Virus record (IMG/VR): IMGVR_UViG_3300017761_004426
Span: 1 to 33,377 of that record
Source: a virus
Lineage: Duplodnaviria > Caudoviricetes
Direction: 5' to 3' (one strand)
Length of the DNA stretch: 33,377 bases
The notes beneath the pieces were generated by a model. It had not been told where the DNA came from, ran no database searches, and saw nothing but the letters and a program-made list of their open reading frames with translations. Of the stretch, positions 27,236-33,377 are shown one piece after another. The translations under genes were made by a program, and so were the position numbers. How positions within the stretch are numbered: position 1 is the stretch's first letter; each line of letters opens with the position of its first letter.

Positions 27236-27480
27236 TCACAATCAAAAGCGAAAACTGGCTGATGGCGGAAGCGATGGAGCGAATGCTGGCACGTCACCCC
27301 GACTTTAATGGTGGGCAAGGGCGAGCGCATACGGATGAGCTATGGGCGAAGGTGATCAAAGAGCAGGGGCACGATCCTCGAGCGAATGCGGAGCCACTCA
27401 GCCTCGAGCAACTCAGCGCCGACGTGGCCCGCCTCCGTGCGATCAATGAGCAGTGGACAGACAGGCGCACCGTGAGCTAG
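27232..27480 (+). CDS. Hypothetical protein
   Basis: 82 aa, ATGA-coupled. Confidence 0.6.
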   Translation: MITIKSENWLMAEAMERMLARHPDFNGGQGRAHTDELWAKVIKEQGHDPRANAEPLSLEQLSADVARLRAINEQWTDRRTVS

Positions 27481-27494
27481 AGTGAGAAAAGCAA

Positions 27495-27611
27495 TTGAAC
27501 CTGCTACCAATGAAAATGCCCACCCATCGCCCCAAGTCTCTCCGTCTGCCGAGTTGTCATTGCTCAGGTTCAACGGGCGGAGAGACTTGGGGCTTTTTGT
27601 TTAAAAAATGA
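27495..27611 (+). promoter_or_regulatory. Structured leader or attenuator upstream of the replication initiator
   Basis: 20-bp stem 27529-27548/27574-27593 followed by TTTTTGTTT; competing pairing 27495-27513/27557-27573; leader ORF 27510-27611. Confidence 0.65.
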
Positions 27612-28408
27612 ACTGGATCAACTTGAAAATCAGCGCGATGAACTCGCAGGAGCCCGCGGGAGCTACGTCGGCAGAGCTCGGGACATGGCTTCGCCTCGCG
27701 CTCTATTGCGTGGAGCAGGAGAACGGCGGCACGATTAAGGGGGCGCGTGATTGGAGCCCTCGGCAATGGATGGCAATCATAGGGGTGAGCGAGGAAGAGA
27801 TTGATGCCGAAACTCCGCTGTGGAAATGGGAGGAGCTCAACCTAGTAATCTGGAATTATCCGGCAGACCATCAAGAGCGCGTCGAACGCCTCCGCGAAAT
27901 CGGCGGGCGACGCGCAAAGGGCAAGCCTAAACCAACAAGCGAAGCAGAGGGGGGGGCAGAGGGGGGAGCTTGTGCTATACCAGAGGGGGGAGCAGAGGGG
28001 GTGGCTCAAGGTGACCCTAAGAGTAATAGTAAAGCTAATAGTAATTCTAAGAGTAAAGGTAAGGAGAATAGTAATGATAAAGTGAAAGTAGAAGTAGAAT
28101 CAGAAGCAGAAGCAGAAGACGCCATCCCCGCGGACGCAACAGCAGATCCCGCCGATGCTCATACGGCGCTCCGCGCGGTTGCTGATTTGGGAGTGGAGTA
28201 TTTTTTAGATCTGAAGGCAAACCCGACATACAAGGCATTGGATCTTCAACTAGAAGCCGGGAAAGCAAACGCCTGGGCTGTGGCGAACCGCCGCAAATTC
28301 ACTAAACGATTCTTCGTCAACTGGCTCAACCGCGGGCTCGACCGAGCCGCGCAGGTAAACGCCGACGCAAATTTGCACAGCGCAAAGCACCCTAAATACG
28401 GGTGGTAA
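27608..28408 (+). CDS. Replication initiator or replisome organiser
   Basis: MNWINL...GTWLRL..YC..QENGG N-domain, low-complexity linker, C-terminal FVNWLNR; upstream of a DnaC-like gene. Confidence 0.75.
   Translation: MNWINLKISAMNSQEPAGATSAELGTWLRLALYCVEQENGGTIKGARDWSPRQWMAIIGVSEEEIDAETPLWKWEELNLVIWNYPADHQERVERLREIGGRRAKGKPKPTSEAEGGAEGGACAIPEGGAEGVAQGDPKSNSKANSNSKSKGKENSNDKVKVEVESEAEAEDAIPADATADPADAHTALRAVADLGVEYFLDLKANPTYKALDLQLEAGKANAWAVANRRKFTKRFFVNWLNRGLDRAAQVNADANLHSAKHPKYGW
27945..28120. repeat. Iteron-like CAGAGGGGG repeats plus A-rich tract (putative origin)
   Basis: Copies at 27945, 27957, 27981 and 27993; A/purine-rich tract at 28021-28120. Confidence 0.6.
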
Positions 28409-28450
28409 CGAAACGATTTTCGTCACCAAACCAACCCCAACCCGACTACA

Positions 28451-28699
28451 ATGACTAAGCACACCTACAGCTTCAAAATCATCAACGGGCGCGTCAAAGT
28501 CTACGTCAACGGCTACGTCATGTTCTGCTTCAACCAGATTGATTTTAAGGGGTACTACAGTTACAAGGACGACACTTTGCTCTACGGCATCGACATCTAT
28601 CTGATGAACGAAAAAGGCGGGGCGACCACGATGGAGATTTATTTTAAGACCAAAGAAAACTGGCTCGGTATCCTCCGCCTCCTTGACGAAAATTTATGA
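28451..28699 (+). CDS. Hypothetical beta-rich protein
   Basis: 82 aa, AT-richer than neighbours, ATGA-coupled to the DnaC-like gene. Confidence 0.65.
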   Translation: MTKHTYSFKIINGRVKVYVNGYVMFCFNQIDFKGYYSYKDDTLLYGIDIYLMNEKGGATTMEIYFKTKENWLGILRLLDENL

Positions 28700-29436
28700 A
28701 CAACCAACCTATGACACAACCAACCGAACCGCCCCCTCCGCAAACCATCGCCGTTGAAATGCCTTGCCGAACTTGCGGCGACGCTTTCACTACCGAACGA
28801 CTCGAAATCTTCGGCCACAAATTCCACTACCGGCACCTTTGCCCGCCGTGCGACGCGGCGAAGATCGCAAGCAACGAGGCGAAGCAAGCCAACGAGAAAG
28901 AAGCTGAACTACTCACCGCGTGGGAAGCAATTTGCCCGCCTATCTACCGCGACACGGATCTTTCCCGCATCGACCCCCGGTGCGCTCAGGCTGCTCTAGA
29001 CTGGGACGCAAGCGGGAGCGTTGGCGTCGGGCTCCTTGGCACCACAGGGGCCGGTAAAACGCGCGCCTTGTACCACGCGATGCAACGGGCCCACCGCCTT
29101 GGGCGCAGTTGCGCGGCGATCTCGCACAACGCCTTCTCTCGCGCCGTTGGCATCGCGTTCAGCGGAGATGGTTCCGACCGCGCAGAAGCCCGGCACCGCC
29201 TGGAGCAACTTCGCCGGGCGCAGGTTGTGTTGATCGATGACCTCGGCAAAGCGCCTTCCACCGAGCGCACCGATGCGGAGCTTGAAGACCTCGTCGAAGA
29301 AAGAACCGCCAACCGCCGCCCGATTCTCTGGACGAGCAACGGGAGCGCGGGCTGGCTGGCAAAGCGGCTTGGCAATGACCGCGGGGAACCGTTCGTTAGG
29401 CGGCTCAGCGAGTTCTCTACCATCGTCTCGTTATGA
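28696..29436 (+). CDS. DnaC/IstB-like AAA+ helicase loader
   Basis: CRTC...CPPC zinc site, Walker A GTTGAGKT, Walker B LIDDLGK, WTSN, RRL. Confidence 0.9.
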   Translation: MNNQPMTQPTEPPPPQTIAVEMPCRTCGDAFTTERLEIFGHKFHYRHLCPPCDAAKIASNEAKQANEKEAELLTAWEAICPPIYRDTDLSRIDPRCAQAALDWDASGSVGVGLLGTTGAGKTRALYHAMQRAHRLGRSCAAISHNAFSRAVGIAFSGDGSDRAEARHRLEQLRRAQVVLIDDLGKAPSTERTDAELEDLVEERTANRRPILWTSNGSAGWLAKRLGNDRGEPFVRRLSEFSTIVSL

Positions 29437-29720
29437 TCAGCGACAAACGCCTCAGCAACGCAATCGCCCTGGTTAAATCCCGCGGGCTCATTGTCTCGCC
29501 TCCACCCGCTGAACGCTTCCCATGGATGACCCCTAGCGAGCTTCATTCTCGATACCTTGGTGGAACTACCAAATCGCGGATGTATCGCAGATTAGCGGGC
29601 TCCTCGGCCCCGTGCGTAGATGGTAGGTGGGGGGAGAGCGGGAGACTTCTCGCCGTGCGTGCCACTCCGAAATTAATCGCCTATTTGGCGCAACCGAGCC
29701 AGCAAGGGAGGAGATTATGA
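29433..29720 (+). CDS. Hypothetical protein, possible AlpA/Xis-like wHTH
   Basis: WMTPSEL...TKSRMYRRL; ATGA-coupled. Confidence 0.45.
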   Translation: MISDKRLSNAIALVKSRGLIVSPPPAERFPWMTPSELHSRYLGGTTKSRMYRRLAGSSAPCVDGRWGESGRLLAVRATPKLIAYLAQPSQQGRRL

Positions 29721-29908
29721 GCAACCGAATGCCGGTGGACACGACGATTCGTTGGGTGACTTCGCTTGGGGTCGTGCCGCTCGTCATGTCGCCGATGGTT
29801 AAACGCGGGAAATGCGTGATCAAGGGGCGCGCCCGCTTCCTCAGTGTGATCTATCGCGGAGGGGCGAAAAATCTTCCGTTCGCGTATTCGCTGTTTTCCA
29901 TGTCTTAG
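29717..29908 (+). CDS. Hypothetical small protein
   Basis: ATG 29717 overlaps the upstream TGA; 63 aa. Confidence 0.5.
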   Translation: MSNRMPVDTTIRWVTSLGVVPLVMSPMVKRGKCVIKGRARFLSVIYRGGAKNLPFAYSLFSMS

Positions 29909-29911
29909 GCG

Positions 29912-30211
29912 ATGGCGGCGGTGTGCGAGATGTGCGGCAAAATTTGGGCGGGTGTCACCCTCGGGAAAATGTTCCATTGCCGACCGCGCAAAGCGTTGAA
30001 ACGCAAAGAGAAAAAGCGCGACACGGTGCAAATTAACAAGGGGGAGAGAAGGTGCGAATGCGGGCAACTCGCCACGGTTTATGACGCTTGGAGCACCCCG
30101 ATTTGCGTTGGGTGCGAAGAAAAAGAGAAAAAAAATCAAAGAAATTTTAGCAACTCAAGTGGTTGCAATTCAGACACTTACAAGGTTCGACTTCCTTGGA
30201 GAGAAAAATAA
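29912..30211 (+). CDS. Zinc-finger protein
   Basis: CEMC...HC and CECG...ICVGC. Confidence 0.55.
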   Translation: MAAVCEMCGKIWAGVTLGKMFHCRPRKALKRKEKKRDTVQINKGERRCECGQLATVYDAWSTPICVGCEEKEKKNQRNFSNSSGCNSDTYKVRLPWREK

Positions 30212-30212
30212 T

Positions 30213-30253
30213 TAAAAATAATTCTTTACTTCTGATTCAATCTGCACCATTCT
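30213..30253 (+). promoter_or_regulatory. AT-rich putative promoter TTTACT-N17-CATTCT
   Basis: Shares 16 of 17 nt with 26296-26312; ATG at 30260. Confidence 0.55.
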
Positions 30254-30259
30254 CTTTCC

Positions 30260-30787
30260 ATGACCAGAAACCAAATCGCCGCCCGCATCATCAAATCCCG
30301 CAACGAAAACACATTCACTGAGTTTGTCGCGCAACACCCAACCACCACAGGAATCGGAACATGGAAATACTCCTGCGACCGTGCCGGATGGCACTCCTTC
30401 ACGGTTGGTAAAGCCATGGAGACATTCGGCAAGTCAGAGAACCTCGCTTGGAGAGTCGCTGGGAAAAACACCAACGTGACCCTTGAGGAACTGCTGGTCG
30501 ATGCCGCTGAAAACAAAGATGCCGCTGCCGCTGCGGAAATCGAGAGCAAGATCAGCAAGGAAGAAAGAAAGAACCCCGGAACAATCTGCTCCACCGTAAA
30601 GGCTGCCTGCGAAAAGGCGGGAGTCTTCTTCAATCGCACATCGCACGAAAATCAGTATTCCACCAACCTTGTCTTCACGATTGGGGAACAACGGGTGCGC
30701 TTCGACTACTGCGGCGGAGCGATGATGAAAATAGCCTGTGGCCCAACTCAACTCATGGGACTGGTGGCAGCATTCTTACGCTCATGA
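30260..30787 (+). CDS. Hypothetical protein
   Basis: 175-aa ORF after the AT-rich promoter. Confidence 0.65.
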   Translation: MTRNQIAARIIKSRNENTFTEFVAQHPTTTGIGTWKYSCDRAGWHSFTVGKAMETFGKSENLAWRVAGKNTNVTLEELLVDAAENKDAAAAAEIESKISKEERKNPGTICSTVKAACEKAGVFFNRTSHENQYSTNLVFTIGEQRVRFDYCGGAMMKIACGPTQLMGLVAAFLRS

Positions 30788-30999
30788 AATACGAATACGC
30801 AACGATCCCGGTGTCCCTCATGCACGAATGCTCCACCGTCCCGCTGGAAGATGGGGCATTCGTCTCGGAGGGTCTGCACGCTGCCAAGGTGCGCGAGCTA
30901 CTGGCGGGCGGATTCCGATGGGTGCGAACGGAAGGCGAGGTGGCCATCCTCGAGCGTGAGACGGACACTCTTCATTCTCTGCACAACAACCAAATATGA
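30784..30999 (+). CDS. Hypothetical protein
   Basis: 71 aa; ATGA overlaps at both ends. Confidence 0.6.
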   Translation: MKYEYATIPVSLMHECSTVPLEDGAFVSEGLHAAKVRELLAGGFRWVRTEGEVAILERETDTLHSLHNNQI

Positions 31000-31382
31000 T
31001 CCTAAACCGAACCGAATACCAGCGGGCCCGCAAGGCTCGCGGCACGCAAACCCAAATCGCCGACGCGCTCGGCATCCGCCGCGTCACCATCATGCGCCGC
31101 GAGACAGCACGCTCCACGGTCACGCGGGAGGCGATGCTTGCACTGCTCACGCTCCCGGTGATAGGGGTGGGCAAGTGCCCGAAAAAGCTAAGCCAAAAAA
31201 GCGACTCCCTCACAGACGAAGACTCTGCGACTGCACCCGCCCCACGGAAATCAAAGGATGCGGCAAATGGATCTGTCGCCGGTGCTACGACATCGAGCAG
31301 GGGACGAAGCACAAGCGTCGCCCAACTCAAGATCACGAGGGGGAAGGCCGGAGCGATCACGTCTACCGCGTCGGCGGATTAG
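30996..31382 (+). CDS. XRE-type HTH protein (C-terminal half uncertain)
   Basis: YQRARKARGTQTQIADALGIRRVTIMRRET. Confidence 0.7.
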   Translation: MILNRTEYQRARKARGTQTQIADALGIRRVTIMRRETARSTVTREAMLALLTLPVIGVGKCPKKLSQKSDSLTDEDSATAPAPRKSKDAANGSVAGATTSSRGRSTSVAQLKITRGKAGAITSTASAD

Positions 31383-31399
31383 ACCCCGAAGAATTTTAA
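31175..31399 (+). CDS. Overlapping zinc-finger ORF in the -1 frame of the HTH gene
   Basis: CDC...WICRRC; possible GTG start at 31175. Confidence 0.45.
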   Translation: MPEKAKPKKRLPHRRRLCDCTRPTEIKGCGKWICRRCYDIEQGTKHKRRPTQDHEGEGRSDHVYRVGGLDPEEF

Positions 31400-31467
31400 C
31401 CAACAGGGACGGCGCTGAAACTAAGCCGTGACAGGATCGGAGAGACGATCGCAAGAAAGCAGATAAT

Positions 31468-32349
31468 ATGACATCAAAACTAAAAGGAAAAGACCCAGTG
31501 AACGCGGAACCAAGCAAGCCCAAAATGCTGATCTTCGGCAAGCCCGGCGTTGGCAAAACATGGGGGGCGTTGGATTTCCCGAGCTGTTACTATATCGACA
31601 CCGAAGGGGGCGCAGATTTGGCCCATTACACCGCAAAGCTCGCCGCCTCAGGTGGAAGCTACATGGGCCCCGATGACGGGGCGCTTGACTTCGAAACTGT
31701 GATTGATCAGTTCTCCGCCCTCGCGACATCCCCTCACCGCTTCCAGACGGTGGTTGTGGATTCGATCAGCAAACTCTTCAACGCCACCGTTGCCAAAGAA
31801 GCCGAGCGACTCGGTGACAAGGACGCCTTCGGGGCGAGTAAGAAACCCGCGGTGGCGTTTATGCGTCGCCTCATCGCCTGGACAAGCCGGTTGGATATGA
31901 ACGTTCTGTTTATCGCTCACTCCAAGCCCGAGTGGGGGGTGGATAGCAAAGGCGAACGAAGCGAGATTGGGCAAACCTTTGATTGTTGGGACAAACTGGA
32001 ATACGAGTTGCACCTTGCACTCGAGATCTACAAGCAAGGGCCGACCCGCAAGGCAAAGGTGAGGAAGTCGCGGTTGCAGGGCTTCCCTGATGCGTCAGCT
32101 TTCGAATGGTCGTTCACCGAGTTCGCCACGCGTTACGGGGCGGACATCATTGGCAAGGCACCCGTGCAGGTTGTGCTCGCCACCGCCGAGCAGGTCGCCG
32201 AGATTGAGCGCCTGTTAAGCATCGTCAAGGTGGACGAAGCCGACATCGAAAAATGGAAGACCAAAGCGGGGGCGGAAACCTTCAGCGAATTCACCACTGC
32301 GCAAGCGGCCGGCATTCTTACTGCCCTCAACAAAAAACTCAGCAAATAA
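31468..32349 (+). CDS. AAA_24/Sak4-like ATPase (recombination/annealing)
   Basis: GKPGVGKT, IDTEGG, VVDSIS, FIAH; adjacent to an SSB-like gene. Confidence 0.85.
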   Translation: MTSKLKGKDPVNAEPSKPKMLIFGKPGVGKTWGALDFPSCYYIDTEGGADLAHYTAKLAASGGSYMGPDDGALDFETVIDQFSALATSPHRFQTVVVDSISKLFNATVAKEAERLGDKDAFGASKKPAVAFMRRLIAWTSRLDMNVLFIAHSKPEWGVDSKGERSEIGQTFDCWDKLEYELHLALEIYKQGPTRKAKVRKSRLQGFPDASAFEWSFTEFATRYGADIIGKAPVQVVLATAEQVAEIERLLSIVKVDEADIEKWKTKAGAETFSEFTTAQAAGILTALNKKLSK

Positions 32350-32353
32350 TCAA

Positions 32354-32788
32354 ATGAAATTCAAACCACAGACAGAAGAACAATCCGCCTCGGCGGAACG
32401 CCGACCCCTCCGCGCAGGCATCTATGATGCCGAGGTGCTCGAGGTTACAGAGACGCAATCGAAGGCGGGCAATGATATGCTCAAGCTCAAGTTGGGGGTG
32501 TTCCGCCCCCAAGGCGGGCAAGATTGGGTTTATGACTACATCACCGATACATCGTATCGCCTTGCTCAACTCATGACCGCTTGTGGCATGAGTGAGCAGT
32601 ACTTGAAAGGCGAGGTGGATGCCGACGAGATCAAGGGCAAATGCTTCCAAGTCACGCTCAAGATCGACCCCGCCCGCGGTGAGTACTCGGAGCGCAATAG
32701 CGTCGGGCGTTACGGGTTGGCAACGCCGAAGCCCGCCGCCCCGAACAAAGAGGACGATGAGGAGGAGGGCGACGAGATCCCGTTCTAA
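32354..32788 (+). CDS. DUF669-like single-stranded DNA-binding protein
   Basis: LRAGIYDAEV, SKAGNDMLKL; acidic tail ending DEIPF. Confidence 0.85.
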   Translation: MKFKPQTEEQSASAERRPLRAGIYDAEVLEVTETQSKAGNDMLKLKLGVFRPQGGQDWVYDYITDTSYRLAQLMTACGMSEQYLKGEVDADEIKGKCFQVTLKIDPARGEYSERNSVGRYGLATPKPAAPNKEDDEEEGDEIPF

Positions 32789-32799
32789 ACACAGCTAAC

Positions 32800-32830
32800 G
32801 CCGGGCGAGAGTCCGACCCTCTCGCCCGGC
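32800..32830. other. Perfect 12-bp intergenic hairpin without a T tract
   Basis: GCCGGGCGAGAG-TCCGACC-CTCTCGCCCGGC. Confidence 0.7.
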
Positions 32831-32845
32831 ACTTCCTCTCACCCA

Positions 32846-33184
32846 ATGCCTACTACCCAATGCCAAACCATTCTCCTCACAATACCCATCCGTTGCCCAA
32901 GCTGGAACGCCATCCTCGCACAGGGCCACTGGCAAAGGATGAAGGCGAAGAAGGCGGTGCAGGCCGCGTTCATCTCCGCATTGTCTCAATCCGCAAACGC
33001 CTCCTCGATCCCGATAATCTTAGCGTTAAGTGGTTCATCGACTGTTGCCGATATGCGGGCATTATTCGCGGCGACGAGCACGATAAAATCACGCTCCAAA
33101 TCGAACAGCGCAAATGCGCCAAAGGCGAAGCCGAAGCAACGCAAATTTGGCTCACCCTTCCGCCGAAAGCCTAAGACCGCATGA
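32846..33184 (+). CDS. RusA-like Holliday junction resolvase locus with motifs in two overlapping frames (32846-33184 and 32860-33174)
   Basis: Frame A: IPIRCPSWN...HWQRMKAKK; frame B: RLLDPDNL..K..ID...AGII.GD. Confidence 0.7.
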   Translation: MPTTQCQTILLTIPIRCPSWNAILAQGHWQRMKAKKAVQAAFISALSQSANASSIPIILALSGSSTVADMRALFAATSTIKSRSKSNSANAPKAKPKQRKFGSPFRRKPKTA

Positions 33185-33377
33185 GCCTCTGCCGCCCCGC
33201 TACGCGCTCCGTTATCCATGTGGCGCATGACTACGCCCGCGGGCGGTGCAAGCGTTGTGGCGAGGCGCAGGTGAGCATTGCGGAGCTACGCAGGCGGCGG
33301 GCGGAGGCGGAGGCTGGGGCACCCCCCACCCCCCCCGGGGGTTCTAGGTTCTCCCTGCGCTCTATCTCGTCCGTATT
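33181..33377 (+). CDS. Small His/Cys protein, open to the window end
   Basis: ATGA-coupled; HDY...CKRCG; no stop codon before the end. Confidence 0.4.
   Translation, partial: MSLCRPATRSVIHVAHDYARGRCKRCGEAQVSIAELRRRRAEAEAGAPPTPPGGSRFSLRSISSV

Noticed and set aside
31400-31467. Possible tRNA or hammerhead ribozyme
   Set aside because: No cloverleaf or T-loop, and no CUGANGA core with correctly placed GAAA
237-33228. Numerous minus-strand and nested ORFs in the track
   Set aside because: Shadow ORFs of GC-rich + strand genes with no recognisable motifs
1-33377. Stop-codon reassignment or terminal direct repeat
   Set aside because: Genes tile densely under the standard code, and no matching sequence was seen at the two ends

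Overview
An apparently near-complete ~33.4 kb tailed-phage genome with lambda-like siphovirus architecture and every credible gene on the + strand. Gene order: (1) ParB-fusion plus two GT-A-fold genes coupled to the small and large (gpA-type) terminase; (2) an inserted helicase cassette; (3) head-tail joining protein, lambda-type portal, and a fused accessory domain/prohead protease/major capsid ORF; (4) decoration protein; (5) TPR-glycosyltransferase, methyltransferase and GT-B cluster; (6) neck and tail genes with a -1 frameshifted chaperone, tape measure, a fifth GT-fold gene and tail fibre; (7) lysis cassette; (8) early, replication and recombination genes (HTH proteins, initiator with iteron-like repeats, DnaC-like loader, Sak4-like ATPase, DUF669 SSB-like, RusA-like). 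No integrase, tRNA or CRISPR array was seen. The most striking feature is a distributed sugar-modification system of five GT-fold genes, including a clear homologue of plant GT75/RGP UDP-arabinopyranose mutases beside the terminase. Other highlights are a leader-ORF/pseudoknot/terminator switch before the replication initiator, a RusA-like gene whose motifs are split over two overlapping frames, and a recurring TTGCNA-N17-CAANNT promoter-like motif with one copy inside the protease-capsid fusion. All family calls come from motif recognition by eye, not database searches.
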